A stretch of DNA of 64,000 nucleotides from an uncultured Pelagibacteraceae bacterium. GTDB lineage: Bacteria; Pseudomonadota; Alphaproteobacteria; Pelagibacterales; Pelagibacteraceae. Shown here in pieces: positions 20,471 to 31,434 of the stretch; within the stretch, counting starts at the first letter, position 1; each line of letters begins with the position of its first letter. The stretch is from positions 23,226 to 87,225 of the forward strand of contig CACOMI010000001.1 in NCBI GenBank assembly GCA_902628275.1, written 5' to 3'. The notes beneath the pieces are model-generated. The model did not search any database. It worked only from the letters and a program-made list of their open reading frames with translations, and had not been told where the DNA came from. A program made the position numbers and the translations under genes.

Positions 20471-22282
20471 TTAGTGTGATCTTCCAAGAATTGATTTACC
20501 ACTCGGTACACGTACATCATCAACCATTTTTTGTGTAGCTTTATCTGGTTCTGCAGTCATTAAACTAACTACTACCATTAAAACTAAACTAACAGCTGAT
20601 CCGAAGATACCAAATGTTAACTGTGTAATTCCTAGGAATCCACTTCCACCAGTTCGTACCCAAACTAAGTACCAAGCACCAGCGGCTAGACCACCTAGCA
20701 TACCAGCAATCGCACCTTGTCTATTAGCTCTCTTCCACCATACACCAAGTACAAGTGGGAAGAACAATCCAGACATCGCAAAATCAAAAGCCCAGATGAC
20801 CGAACCTAAGATTCCTTGAATCTCCATTGCTGCAATAGTTGCTCCTGCAAAACCAATTACTACAAGTAATACCCTTGCAACAAGTAGTCGTTTTGCAGTT
20901 TCCGCCTTTGGATCAATGATCTTATAGTAAACATCATGTGATATAGCGTTTGCAATCGCTAGAATCAAACCATCAGCAGTAGACATGGCAGCTGCCATAC
21001 CTCCAGCAGCAACTAGACCTGAAATTACATAAGGTAATCCAGCTATCTCTGGTGTTGCTAATACAACGGCTTTACCACCCATGAAGAACTCATTTAATTC
21101 TAGAGTTCCATTTCCGTTAAAGTCGCTGATAAACATTAAGTTTGCTTGGTTCCAGTTTTGGTACCAATCTATCGCTTCCACTTCTGCAAATGTCTTACCG
21201 ATTATACCTGTTGGTAAATTCGGGTCGATCAATGATAACTTAGATAATGTAGCTAACATTGGAGCAGAAGAATAAAGTAGGAAGATAAAGAATAGTGACC
21301 AACCTACTGATTTTCTAGCTGCTTTTACACTTGGAGTAGTAAAGTATCTCATCATCACGTGCGGTAATGAAGCTGTTCCCATCATCATCGCTAATGCTAA
21401 TGAAATAAATGCCCAAGGTGTAGCGTTCACTGCAGAGTGAGCTTTAGTTATTCCAGCTAAGCCTTTAGGTACTGATTTTAGATCAGCAGCTGCGTTTTTA
21501 ACAAAACCGAACTGTTGTTCTAATTCACCAATTCTAGCTACCTCATCAGCTAACATAAAGTGAGGGAAGAAGCCCGCACCCATTTTGTTACTAATCCAGA
21601 ATACTGGAAGCAGGTAAGCTATAATTAGTACAATGTATTGTGCAACCTGTGTCCAAGTTACCCCTCTCATACCACCTAACATTGAACATAATAAAATACT
21701 TATTAGTCCAACATAAACTGCGTATTGGAATGGGATATCAAGTGCAACAGATGCAATAGTACCTGTAGCGTTAATTTGTGCAGTCACATAAGTAAATGAA
21801 GCAACAGTTAAAACTACCACTGCGCTAAATCTAGCTAAATTACCACCGTATCTAGTACCTATAAAATCTGGAACTGTATAACAGCCAAATTTTCTTAAGT
21901 ATGGTGCTAATAAAGATGCAACAAGCACGTAACCACCAGTCCAACCTACAAGTAGAGCCATATAGCCGTAACCTTTAAAGTAAATACCACCCGCCATTGC
22001 AACGAATGAAGCACCAGACATCCAGTCTGCTGCAGTCGCCATTCCGTTGAATACTGTTGGTACTTGCCTACCAGCTACGTAATATGCATCTGCTTGGGCT
22101 GTTCTTGATAGCCAACCGATTAATGCGTAGATGAATACAGTAAATGCAACAAAAGCAATACCAATCGCTTTAGCTGTCATACCCATCTGTTCAGCAATTG
22201 CCATAATGATTATGAAACCTATAAATCCTCCAGTATAGATTCCATAAACCTTTGGCAAATTATCTATGAAATTACCTTTCAT
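20471..22282 (-). CDS. Sodium:solute symporter, ActP-like (acetate/carboxylate)
   Basis: NGMATAADWMSGASF, GWTGGY, GTASLPH, AAAMSTADG; preceded by a DUF4212 gene and near acs. Confidence 0.88.
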   Translation of the reverse strand: MKGNFIDNLPKVYGIYTGGFIGFIIIMAIAEQMGMTAKAIGIAFVAFTVFIYALIGWLSRTAQADAYYVAGRQVPTVFNGMATAADWMSGASFVAMAGGIYFKGYGYMALLVGWTGGYVLVASLLAPYLRKFGCYTVPDFIGTRYGGNLARFSAVVVLTVASFTYVTAQINATGTIASVALDIPFQYAVYVGLISILLCSMLGGMRGVTWTQVAQYIVLIIAYLLPVFWISNKMGAGFFPHFMLADEVARIGELEQQFGFVKNAAADLKSVPKGLAGITKAHSAVNATPWAFISLALAMMMGTASLPHVMMRYFTTPSVKAARKSVGWSLFFIFLLYSSAPMLATLSKLSLIDPNLPTGIIGKTFAEVEAIDWYQNWNQANLMFISDFNGNGTLELNEFFMGGKAVVLATPEIAGLPYVISGLVAAGGMAAAMSTADGLILAIANAISHDVYYKIIDPKAETAKRLLVARVLLVVIGFAGATIAAMEIQGILGSVIWAFDFAMSGLFFPLVLGVWWKRANRQGAIAGMLGGLAAGAWYLVWVRTGGSGFLGITQLTFGIFGSAVSLVLMVVVSLMTAEPDKATQKMVDDVRVPSGKSILGRSH

Positions 22283-22542
22283 TATTCGTCCTCTCTTTCG
22301 CTAAAGCCGAACTCTTCATCGATTTTTTCTTGTCTATTCGCAAACCAGAAAATTAGGATTACGAAAGCACCAAGAGATCCCTGACATGTAAACCAATATG
22401 TCCATGGATAACCGAAAGGTCCTGTGACCTCGTTCATTTCAGCTCCAAAGAGAAAGATGCCAATTGAGAAAATAAACCAGATTGCCAGTGTTATAAATAA
22501 CAATCCCCTGGTTTTTTCCCAGTGTTTTTGTTGATTTGACAT
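22282..22542 (-). CDS. DUF4212 small subunit of the SSS transporter
   Basis: HW, GYPWTYWFTCQGS, IDEEFG; SD AGAGAGG; stop overlaps the symporter start. Confidence 0.85.
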   Translation of the reverse strand: MSNQQKHWEKTRGLLFITLAIWFIFSIGIFLFGAEMNEVTGPFGYPWTYWFTCQGSLGAFVILIFWFANRQEKIDEEFGFSEREDE

Positions 22543-22677
22543 TTATACCTCTCTATTTAGTTATAACTGGTTGAAACCATAACCATTATAAGAGCTTTGA
22601 AAAGGCTAAAAATTAACCATATTTGCTACTTATTTACTTGTTTTTTTAAGATATAATTGGCGCACTCTCTGATTAAC

Positions 22678-23301
22678 ATGGCAAAATATAAATTAACCTG
22701 GAAAGACCTGAAACTTGAAGATTTTAAAACATATTTGTTTGCAATGTTTAAGGCGTTTATTCCTAAAAAAAAAATTAAAAATTTAGATGAATTAGAGCAA
22801 TTTATTCAAACAAAATCTGCTTGGGCAACTCAAGTTACTTTATATAATTATTTAAAAACTCGGATGGGTACAAGATATGTTCTCCATTTTGATAATGATG
22901 AATTTATGTCATCAGTAAATCTTGCTAAATGGAATATTTATTCGGTTGCATTACAAGATTTAACTTTTTTTACTTTTTCATATTTAAAAGTTAATTTTAA
23001 CTATCAAGATATTCATAAAGCAAATGAAATTTTTAATAAGATTTTAGATGATGAAATTTCTAATAAGATGCCATTAAATATTATTGATGAAGCGAGAAAA
23101 AATTTTGATGAAAGATTGGATAAAATAAATTGGGATTTTTATTATAAAGATTTACCTTTTAATCCAAGTGCGCTTTCATTATATAAATGGGCACCGATAG
23201 CCGATGAATTAAAAACTTTAGATCGAAAGATAGTTTTAAATTCGATGATCTTAAAATGGGATGTTGTTAAACAAGAGTTTAAAGATTTAATTCAGTTTTA
23301 A
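22678..23301 (+). CDS. Conserved hypothetical protein
   Basis: [21 protein letters not shown]; start set at ATG 22678; no function recognised. Confidence 0.7.
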   Translation: MAKYKLTWKDLKLEDFKTYLFAMFKAFIPKKKIKNLDELEQFIQTKSAWATQVTLYNYLKTRMGTRYVLHFDNDEFMSSVNLAKWNIYSVALQDLTFFTFSYLKVNFNYQDIHKANEIFNKILDDEISNKMPLNIIDEARKNFDERLDKINWDFYYKDLPFNPSALSLYKWAPIADELKTLDRKIVLNSMILKWDVVKQEFKDLIQF

Positions 23302-25352
23302 ATATTTTTTCTATTATCGACCAAACTATCAACTACACTTGGATCTGCTAGAGTAGTTGTATCTCCTAATTGACCATGTTCATTAGCAGCAATTTTCCTT
23401 AAAATTCTTCTCATTATTTTTCCTGATCTTGTTTTAGGAAGACCTGGAGTAAAATGAATTAGATCTGGAGTTGCTAAAGGTCCTATTTGTTTTCGTACCC
23501 AAAGTTTTAAGTCTCTTTCAAGTTCGCCAGTTTCGGTTTCTCCTGCATTAAGAGTCACATAACAATATAATCCATTTCCTTTTATATCGTGAGGATAACC
23601 AACTACAGCAGCTTCTGCTACTTTAGGATGAGCAACAAATGCACTTTCAATTTCAGCAGTGCCTAGATTGTGTCCAGAAACAATAATTACATCATCTACT
23701 CTCCCGGTTATCCAGTAATATCCATCTTTGTCTCTTCGACACCCATCACCAGTAAAATATTTTCCATTAAATTGAGAAAAATATGTATCAATAAATCTTT
23801 GATGGTCTCCATAAACAGTTCTCATCTGTCCTGGCCAAGATTGAGCTATACACAGTCTTCCTTCTCCCGCTCCTTTAATTTCTTTACCATTTTTATCTAA
23901 AAGCACAGGCTTAATTCCGTAAAATGGTTTTGTTGCTGAACCAGGTTTAAGTGGAATAGCACCTGTCTGTGGAGCTATCATAATTCCACCTGTTTCTGTT
24001 TGCCACCAAGTATCTACAATTGGACATTTAGAATTTCCTACAGTCTTATAATACCACATCCAAGCTTCGGGATTAATAGGCTCTCCGACAGTGCCTAAGA
24101 GTTTAAGTGATTTTCTTGAAGTTTTTTTAACTGGTTTATCTCCCTCACGCATCAATGCTCGGATTGCGGTAGGTGCAGTATAAAATGTATTAACTTTATA
24201 TTTATCAACTATTTGCCACCATCTTGAACTATCAGGATAATTTGGAATTCCCTCAAACATAATAGTAGTTGCACCATTTGCCAGTGGCCCATAAATGATA
24301 TAACTATGTCCAGTTACCCAGCCAATATCAGCGGTACACCAATAAATATCTTTAGGTTTATAATTGAAAATATATTGATGTGTCATTGAAGCATAAACCA
24401 TATAGCCACCAGTTGTATGAAGAACTCCTTTAGGTTTACCAGTTGACCCGGAGGTATATAAAATAAATAAAGGATCTTCTGCGTTCATTTCTTCTGGTTC
24501 ACAATTACTTGAAACGTCCTTTATTAAATCATGGTACCAAACGTCTCTATTTTCATCCCAATTAATGTAATTACCTGTCCTTTTAACAACCAAACATTTT
24601 TTTACGTTTGGACAATTTATTAACGCTTCATCTACTGTATATTTAAGAGGTATAGTTTTTCCACCCCTCACTCCTTCATCAGCGGTTATGATATATTCAG
24701 ACTCGCAATCATTAACTCTTCCAGAGATAGACTCAGCCGAAAAACCACCAAAAATAATAGAATGAACCGCTCCTATTCTTACACAAGCTAGCATTAAAAT
24801 CGCTAACTCTGGTATCATTGTTAAATAGATTGTTACACGATCACCTTTTTTAATTCCTAATTTCTTTAAACCATTTGCTGCTTTAGAAACTTTTTGATGA
24901 AGTTGTTTATAAGAAATCTTTTGACTATCTTTTGGATCATCTCCTACCCAAATAATAGCAGTTTTATCTTTTTTATCTTTTAAATGTCTATCAATGCAAT
25001 TTGCTGAAGCATTTAAAGTTCCATCTTCAAACCATTTTATTTTTACTTCCTTTGTGCTGTATTTTACATCTTTAATTTTTTTATATGATTTTATCCAAGT
25101 AATTCTTTTTCCTTCTTTTCGCCAAAATTCATCATTGCTTTTTATAGATTGAGAATATTTTTGTTGGTACTTACTTTTATTTGCTAGGCTACTTTTGATC
25201 CATTCTGGTTTTGTTTTAATAATAAATTCAGGCGGTGTATTTCCAATTTCTTTTTTTATTTTAACTTTTTTTGATCTTTTTTTAATTTTTTTTTTAGTCT
25301 TTTTTTTAACCTTAGACCTGCTTTTTTTTACCTTATTTTTTTTCTTTGGCAT
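23298..25352 (-). CDS. acs: Acetyl-CoA synthetase with Lys-rich N-terminal extension
   Basis: [41 protein letters not shown]. Confidence 0.97.
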   Translation of the reverse strand: MPKKKNKVKKSRSKVKKKTKKKIKKRSKKVKIKKEIGNTPPEFIIKTKPEWIKSSLANKSKYQQKYSQSIKSNDEFWRKEGKRITWIKSYKKIKDVKYSTKEVKIKWFEDGTLNASANCIDRHLKDKKDKTAIIWVGDDPKDSQKISYKQLHQKVSKAANGLKKLGIKKGDRVTIYLTMIPELAILMLACVRIGAVHSIIFGGFSAESISGRVNDCESEYIITADEGVRGGKTIPLKYTVDEALINCPNVKKCLVVKRTGNYINWDENRDVWYHDLIKDVSSNCEPEEMNAEDPLFILYTSGSTGKPKGVLHTTGGYMVYASMTHQYIFNYKPKDIYWCTADIGWVTGHSYIIYGPLANGATTIMFEGIPNYPDSSRWWQIVDKYKVNTFYTAPTAIRALMREGDKPVKKTSRKSLKLLGTVGEPINPEAWMWYYKTVGNSKCPIVDTWWQTETGGIMIAPQTGAIPLKPGSATKPFYGIKPVLLDKNGKEIKGAGEGRLCIAQSWPGQMRTVYGDHQRFIDTYFSQFNGKYFTGDGCRRDKDGYYWITGRVDDVIIVSGHNLGTAEIESAFVAHPKVAEAAVVGYPHDIKGNGLYCYVTLNAGETETGELERDLKLWVRKQIGPLATPDLIHFTPGLPKTRSGKIMRRILRKIAANEHGQLGDTTTLADPSVVDSLVDNRKNI

Positions 25353-25367
25353 GAGATAATTTTTTTT

Positions 25368-25781
25368 TTAAATCTTACTCATGTTATTTATAATTTTCCA
25401 GCTTTTATAATCAACGGGCATTACTGAGAGTCTACTTTGCTTTATAAGAGCTAAATGGCTTAAATTCTTATTTTTTTTAATACTTTCGAGTGTTATAGGT
25501 TTTGAAAATTTGCTTTTAAATTGAACAGTTACGGCAACAAACCTTCTTGTTTTGTCTGTTTTATCCAAAAAGGATTCTTTTATAACCCTTACAATTCCAA
25601 CTATCTCTTTTCCGATATTTGAATGATAAAAAAAACAAAGATCTCCTTTTTTCATACTCTTTAAATTTTTTGCAGCTTGATAATTTCTGACACCATCCCA
25701 AGGAGCACCTTTAATTCCAGCTTTTTTTTGTTGCTCAATTGACCAAACATCTGGTTCAGATTTTAGTAACCAATATTTCAT
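25368..25781 (-). CDS. EVE domain protein
   Basis: YWLLKSEP, WDGVRNYQA, FFYHS, SRLSV. Confidence 0.93.
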   Translation of the reverse strand: MKYWLLKSEPDVWSIEQQKKAGIKGAPWDGVRNYQAAKNLKSMKKGDLCFFYHSNIGKEIVGIVRVIKESFLDKTDKTRRFVAVTVQFKSKFSKPITLESIKKNKNLSHLALIKQSRLSVMPVDYKSWKIINNMSKI

Positions 25782-25872
25782 TCTTTATTTATATAATTAA
25801 TTTTCTAGCATTTATAATGTTTTTTTAAATTATTCATTGTATGACAAAAAATAATTGATAACTTCTTAATTT

Positions 25873-26415
25873 ATGAGAGCAGTAAATTATTCATCAATGA
25901 ATATATTTAATGAGAATCAAGTTAAAGAGATTAATAAAGTAATCGAAACAAACTTTGTAGAGGGAAAAGACGATTATGCAGTAGATTCTCACAAAACATC
26001 TGATGTAAAGTTTGTATACTTAGGAAAAATTCAAAAATATATTTTTCCGTTCATAGATTTTTGTCAAACAGCAAATAACAATTTTTTTAGTTTTGACCTT
26101 CACTCGTTAACATCTTTGAAAAAATTAAATTATAATATTTATGATGAAGGCACTGAATATAATTGGCATATAGATGCTGTTCCTAGAGACCCTGTAAGAG
26201 ATATTAAACTTACTGCTTTGTTAAATTTATCTGAAGAAAATTATGAAGGTGGTGAGTTGGTTTTATTTAGAGCAAATGAAATAATTTGTAACGAATTTAA
26301 TAAACCTGGAAGTGCAATTATATTCCCATCATTTATAAATCATAAGGTAAATAAAATAAAATCAGGTAAACGTCGTACCTTGGCAATCTGGTTATCTGGA
26401 CCCAAATTTAGATAA
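25873..26415 (+). CDS. 2OG-Fe(II) oxygenase (PKHD/P4Hc-like)
   Basis: YNWHID (HxD), YEGGEL, FPSFINHKV, GKRRTLAIW. Confidence 0.88.
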   Translation: MRAVNYSSMNIFNENQVKEINKVIETNFVEGKDDYAVDSHKTSDVKFVYLGKIQKYIFPFIDFCQTANNNFFSFDLHSLTSLKKLNYNIYDEGTEYNWHIDAVPRDPVRDIKLTALLNLSEENYEGGELVLFRANEIICNEFNKPGSAIIFPSFINHKVNKIKSGKRRTLAIWLSGPKFR

Positions 26416-26419
26416 CAAA

Positions 26420-27493
26420 TTAAATTTTAACGCCAGCACCTTTAAGAAATGCGGCTTCCTCATCCAAAGACCATCTAGGTTTTGCTGGATAATCTAAATT
26501 ACTAAATTGATTTAATTTAAATTTTTCTAGACCAACCATAGCAATCATTGCTGCGTTATCTCCACAGAACTCTAAAGGTGGAAAAATACTCTTATAATTA
26601 TTTTCTTCACACAGATTAATTAACATAGATCTAATTCTTTTATTTGCTGCCACACCACCTGCTACAACAAAAATTTTTTCATTTAATTCATTTATTTTTT
26701 CAAATTCAGTAAATGCAATTTTCGTTTTTTTATATAGTATTTCCAAGATTGTTTTTTGAAATGATGCTGCAAGATCAAATTTTTCTTGTTCTGATTTAAT
26801 TGTTTTACTAATTTTAAGTATAGCAGTTTTAAGACCTGCAAAAGAAAGATTACATCCCCCTTTATAAAAAATTGGTTTCGGTAGATTATATCTTTCAGGA
26901 TTACCCTTTTCAGCTAAAATTTCTATTTTAGGTCCTCCTGGAAATTCTATTCCTAAAAGTTTTGCTGTTTTATCAAACGCTTCACCTAAAGCATCATCAA
27001 TAGTTGTTCCTAACCTTTTATATTCACCAAGATTTTGCACATTTAAATATTGTGAATGACCACCAGAAATTAAAAGAAGCAAATATGGATAATCAAAATT
27101 TGAACTTAGTTTTGGACTTAAAGCATGTCCCTCTAAATGGTTAACAGCAATAAAAGGTTTATTCATTGCTGTTGCGAAAGCTTTACCAAAACTTAACCCA
27201 ACTGATAAACAAACAATTAATCCAGGACCAGCGGTAGAAGCAACCGCATCTATTTCTTCAATTTTTCTTCCACTTTCATCAATAGCTTTTTTGACAATCC
27301 AATCAATTTTTTCAATGTGTGAACGTGCTGCTAGTTCAGGAACTACACCACCAAACTCCCTATGAACCTCTACTTGACTTGAGACAATGTTGGATAAAAC
27401 TACTGGGAAACCTTCTTCATTTTCAGTTATTAAAGAAGCTGCTGTTTCATCACAACTAGACTCTATTCCAAGAATTAAGGGTTTTTTGCTCAT
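26420..27493 (-). CDS. tsaD: tRNA N6-threonylcarbamoyltransferase TsaD
   Basis: GIESSCDET, GGVVPELAAR, NHLEGH, DDALGEAFDK, DNAAMIA. Confidence 0.97.
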   Translation of the reverse strand: MSKKPLILGIESSCDETAASLITENEEGFPVVLSNIVSSQVEVHREFGGVVPELAARSHIEKIDWIVKKAIDESGRKIEEIDAVASTAGPGLIVCLSVGLSFGKAFATAMNKPFIAVNHLEGHALSPKLSSNFDYPYLLLLISGGHSQYLNVQNLGEYKRLGTTIDDALGEAFDKTAKLLGIEFPGGPKIEILAEKGNPERYNLPKPIFYKGGCNLSFAGLKTAILKISKTIKSEQEKFDLAASFQKTILEILYKKTKIAFTEFEKINELNEKIFVVAGGVAANKRIRSMLINLCEENNYKSIFPPLEFCGDNAAMIAMVGLEKFKLNQFSNLDYPAKPRWSLDEEAAFLKGAGVKI

Positions 27494-27548
27494 TCAAATA
27501 GTTTTTAATAATTGTACAATCTTTATACAAGTAAGAAATAATTTTTTT

Positions 27549-28466
27549 ATGAGAAAAAAAATAATAATTGGATCTAGGGGTAGCAAGCTTGCCTTTCTTT
27601 ATGCACAAAAAACTAAAGATAAAATTATTGAGAATACCAACCTTAGTAATGGTGATATTTTAATTAAATCAATTAAAACTAAAGGTGATGAAGTGCAGGA
27701 TATCAGATTGTCTGAGCTTGGTGGCAAAGGTTTGTTTTCTAGCAATATTGAAAAAGAACTTCTGTTAAAAAATATTGATATCGCAGTTCATGCGCTGAAA
27801 GATATGCCCGCTAATGAGACAGAAGGATTAAGAACAGATTCTTTTCTTGAAAGAAATGACCCCAGGGAAATTTTAATTACAAAGGATAAAAAAAAACTTA
27901 AAGACTTAGATGAAAAATCAATTATTGGAACTTCATCATTTAGAAGAGAATTTCAAATAAAAAAAATTAGAAAAGATTTAAATTGTAAATTAATTAGAGG
28001 AAATGTTGATACTAGAATTAGAAAACTAAATGAAGGAATGTATGATGCAATTATATTATCTTATGCAGGTATCAAATTTTTAAAATTTGAAAATAAAATC
28101 TCTGAAATTTTTTCTGCTGAAGAAATAATTCCTAGTGCAGGACAAGGTGTAATAGCTCTTCAGTGCAGGGAGAATGATGACGAGATAATTTCTATCTTAA
28201 ACGAAATTAATCATAAGGAAACATATAAAAGAGCAAACCTTGAGAGAAATATTTTAAAAGTTTTAGACGGGGATTGTGAAACAGCAATTGGCGCTCATTC
28301 TGTGGTTGATGGAGACAAGATTATAGTGGAGGCCGAACTTTTTTCTTTAGATGGTAAACAAAGGTTTTATGAAAAAAAGGTTGGTAATTTGAATGAATTT
28401 AAAGAACTTGGTAAAGAAGTTGGAATACTTTTAAAAACAAAATCAAATAATACATATAAAAGATAG
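27549..28466 (+). CDS. hemC: Hydroxymethylbilane synthase
   Basis: GSRGSKLA, GGKGLF, VHALKD, GTSSFRR, RGNVDTR, DGDC; start at ATG 27549. Confidence 0.95.
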   Translation: MRKKIIIGSRGSKLAFLYAQKTKDKIIENTNLSNGDILIKSIKTKGDEVQDIRLSELGGKGLFSSNIEKELLLKNIDIAVHALKDMPANETEGLRTDSFLERNDPREILITKDKKKLKDLDEKSIIGTSSFRREFQIKKIRKDLNCKLIRGNVDTRIRKLNEGMYDAIILSYAGIKFLKFENKISEIFSAEEIIPSAGQGVIALQCRENDDEIISILNEINHKETYKRANLERNILKVLDGDCETAIGAHSVVDGDKIIVEAELFSLDGKQRFYEKKVGNLNEFKELGKEVGILLKTKSNNTYKR

Positions 28467-28467
28467 T

Positions 28468-29166
28468 ATGCATATTTTATTCACTAGACCATTTGAAGAT
28501 TGTTCTGAAATGATATTGAAATTTAAATTGTTAGGACATCAAGTTTCTCATCTTCCATTAATAAGAATTGAAAAAGTTAATTATGAAGAAATTAATTTTT
28601 CCGAATATGGTGGAATTGTTTTTACTAGTGCAAATGCAGTAAAATTCTTAAACACAGAAAGAATAGATAAAAATATTAAATGCTTTTGTGTTGGTAACGC
28701 TACAGAAAATAAAGCAAGAAGTGTTGGTTTTCAAAATACAATCGCGGCCGAAGGAAGTGTTGCGAACTTAAAAGAGTTAATAATTCAAAGTTACGATTCT
28801 AAAAATAAAGAATTGCTTTATGTTAGTGGTGAAACAATATCGGTTGATTTAGATCAACAGTTATTAAGTGAAGGTTTTAGTGTGAAAAGAATTATTAATT
28901 ATAGAGTTGATCATAATCAAAAATTTGATGAGAAATTTGTTAATGAATTAAAATTAGGTATGCCTGATATGGTCTATATTTATTCGCAAAATAGTGCATC
29001 AAGTTTTTTAAATTTCATAAAGATTTACCAAACCGAAAACTTATGGATGAATACGAATTTGATGTGTATAGGCGAAAAAACCTCGTCAATATTGAACGAA
29101 ATCAAATGGAAAAAAATTTTTCTTTTTAATCCTGGAGAAGAAGAGTTTTTGTTATATAAAATTTAA
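28468..29166 (+). CDS. hemD: Uroporphyrinogen-III synthase
   Basis: ILFTRP, FTSANAV, VGNAT; follows hemC. Confidence 0.88.
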   Translation: MHILFTRPFEDCSEMILKFKLLGHQVSHLPLIRIEKVNYEEINFSEYGGIVFTSANAVKFLNTERIDKNIKCFCVGNATENKARSVGFQNTIAAEGSVANLKELIIQSYDSKNKELLYVSGETISVDLDQQLLSEGFSVKRIINYRVDHNQKFDEKFVNELKLGMPDMVYIYSQNSASSFLNFIKIYQTENLWMNTNLMCIGEKTSSILNEIKWKKIFLFNPGEEEFLLYKI

Positions 29167-29168
29167 AA

Positions 29169-30254
29169 ATGGAATTAATTAATAATTTTTCTGAGATATT
29201 TTTATCAGTATGGAATAAAGGAATTCTTGGTGTTGATATTTTTCAAATATTAATCGGCATTGGAATATTTTTACTATTTTTAATTTTTAGAGGTCTAATA
29301 AGCAAATTAGTTATTAAAAAATTAGAAATTATCTCAAAAAGAACAACAAATAAATTAGATGATACTTTTGTTCAATCACTTGAAGGACCAGCAAGATTTT
29401 TACCAATAGTATTAGGATTTTTTATTGCGAGCTACTATATGACTTTCTCAATAGAAGGAAGAGAAGTAGTAGATACAATTAATAGAACGTTGATCACTAT
29501 TTTAATTTTTTGGGTAATTCATCAAATCATAGAACCTATCTCATACATACTTAGTGGTTTAGATAAAATATTAACAAGAGAACTTATTGGTTGGATAATT
29601 AAATCATTAAAAATTTTTATTTTTATTTTAGGTTTAGCTGCAGTTTTAGAACTATGGGGAATTAAAATAGGTCCGATCATTGCAGGTCTTGGATTATTTG
29701 GAGTTGCTGTTGCACTAGGTGCACAAGATTTGTTTAAAAATCTAATTTCAGGAATTTTAGTATTAGTTGAAAAGAGATTTAAGATTGGTGATTGGATTGC
29801 GGTTGAAGGTATCATTGAAGGTATAGTAGAAAAGATTGGATTTAGATCAACAACGATTAGAAAGTTTGATAAGTCTCTTGCTATTATTCCAAATTTTCAA
29901 TTTGCAGAAAATGCAGTTGTAAATGTAAGTGAAACTTCAAACTGGTTAATTAGTTGGATTATTACACTCCAATACGACACTACAGTAGATCAGCTTAAAA
30001 AGATTAGAGATGAAATAGAAAATCACATTAACTCAAGTGAAGATTACAATACTTCAATTGGAGTTGCTGTAAGAGTTGATAAATTTTCTGATAGCTCAAT
30101 AGATATGTATGTAAGATGTTTCACAAAATCAGGAAGTTGGAATAATTGGCTTGATGTCAAAGAAAGATTAGCAATCGCAATTAAAGAAATTGTTGAAAAA
30201 AATGGTGCTTCATTTGCATTCCCAAGTCAGTCGATTTATGTTGAAAAAAAATGA
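29169..30254 (+). CDS. MscS family mechanosensitive channel
   Basis: GLFGVAVALGAQD, FKIGDWI, GFRSTTIR, IPN, AFPSQ. Confidence 0.92.
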   Translation: MELINNFSEIFLSVWNKGILGVDIFQILIGIGIFLLFLIFRGLISKLVIKKLEIISKRTTNKLDDTFVQSLEGPARFLPIVLGFFIASYYMTFSIEGREVVDTINRTLITILIFWVIHQIIEPISYILSGLDKILTRELIGWIIKSLKIFIFILGLAAVLELWGIKIGPIIAGLGLFGVAVALGAQDLFKNLISGILVLVEKRFKIGDWIAVEGIIEGIVEKIGFRSTTIRKFDKSLAIIPNFQFAENAVVNVSETSNWLISWIITLQYDTTVDQLKKIRDEIENHINSSEDYNTSIGVAVRVDKFSDSSIDMYVRCFTKSGSWNNWLDVKERLAIAIKEIVEKNGASFAFPSQSIYVEKK

Positions 30255-30541
30255 TAGCTATTTTTTATTTAATTTTACAAATTTTAAAACTGTACTCTTA
30301 TGTTGTCATTGCTAATGTTATTGTCAGTTGGCTAATAGCTTTTAACGTTCTTAATACTCAAAATAGATTTGTTTATGCAATTTTAGAGTTGAGTTATAAA
30401 TTAACTGAGCCTTTCTTAAACAAAATAAGACGTTTTTTACCAAATTTAGGTTCATTAGATATTTCTCCAATCATCCTTCTTTTATTGATTTGGTTTATCG
30501 AAATGTGTATGAAGCTGTACATTGCACCAATGATTTTTTAA
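30251..30541 (+). CDS. YggT family membrane protein
   Basis: SWL, LTEPFL..IRR, LDISPI. Confidence 0.9.
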   Translation: MIAIFYLILQILKLYSYVVIANVIVSWLIAFNVLNTQNRFVYAILELSYKLTEPFLNKIRRFLPNLGSLDISPIILLLLIWFIEMCMKLYIAPMIF

Positions 30542-30550
30542 GGAATAAAT

Positions 30551-31396
30551 ATGATTTTAATTGATGGAAAAAAAGCTGCTGCGGAATTAAGAGCAGAGTT
30601 AAAGCAAGAAGTTGCAGAGTTAAAAGCAAAACATAATAAAGTACCAGGTTTAACTGTTATACTAATTGGAGATTTAACACCTAGTCAGATTTATGTAAGA
30701 AATAAAGAGAAATCGGCAAATGAAGTAGGATTAAAATCTGAAGTTATTAAATATCCAGACTCAGTTGAAGAAAAGATTGTTTTAGAAAAAATTAAAGAAT
30801 TAAATAGTGATAAAACTGTTTCAGGAATTTTAGTTCAACTTCCTCTGCCTAAACATATAGATAAACAAAAAGTTATAGAGGCAATTCATCCTTCAAAGGA
30901 TGTAGATGGATTTCATCCAATGAATGTGGGTAATCTTTCTTCTGGATATGAAAGCTCTATTCCTTGTACGCCACTTGGCTGTTATTTGTTAATTAAAAAA
31001 TTTGAACCTAGTCTTAATGGAAAGAAAGCTGTAGTTGTGGGTAGATCAAACTTAAATGGAAAACCTATGACACAACTTCTTTTAAAAGAAAATTGTACTG
31101 TCACAATCACACATTCTAAAACAAAAGATTTAAAAGCAGAGTGTTTAGAAGCAGATATAATTGTAGCAGCTGTAGGTATACCTGAACTTGTTCGAGGAGA
31201 TTGGGTTAAGAAAGATGCTATTGTCATTGATGTTGGCATAAATAAAACTGATAAAGGTATAGTTGGTGACGTTCATTTTGAGGAAGTTTCAAAAAATGTA
31301 AAAGCATTAACTCCAGTTCCAGGGGGAGTTGGACCAATGACTATTGCCTGTTTACTCAAAAATACCATTGACTGTTTCAAAAGATCGCAAATATAA
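30551..31396 (+). CDS. folD: Methylene-THF dehydrogenase/cyclohydrolase
   Basis: YVRNK, VQLPLP, KDVDGFHP, PCTP, TPVPGGVGPMT. Confidence 0.97.
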   Translation: MILIDGKKAAAELRAELKQEVAELKAKHNKVPGLTVILIGDLTPSQIYVRNKEKSANEVGLKSEVIKYPDSVEEKIVLEKIKELNSDKTVSGILVQLPLPKHIDKQKVIEAIHPSKDVDGFHPMNVGNLSSGYESSIPCTPLGCYLLIKKFEPSLNGKKAVVVGRSNLNGKPMTQLLLKENCTVTITHSKTKDLKAECLEADIIVAAVGIPELVRGDWVKKDAIVIDVGINKTDKGIVGDVHFEEVSKNVKALTPVPGGVGPMTIACLLKNTIDCFKRSQI

Positions 31397-31434
31397 TAAT
31401 TAAACCATAAGCTTTAATCTGTTAATTTATTAGG

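Noticed and set aside
27387-27548. Long N-terminal extension of HemC
   Set aside because: Overlaps tsaD on the opposite strand; HemC homology begins at ATG 27549
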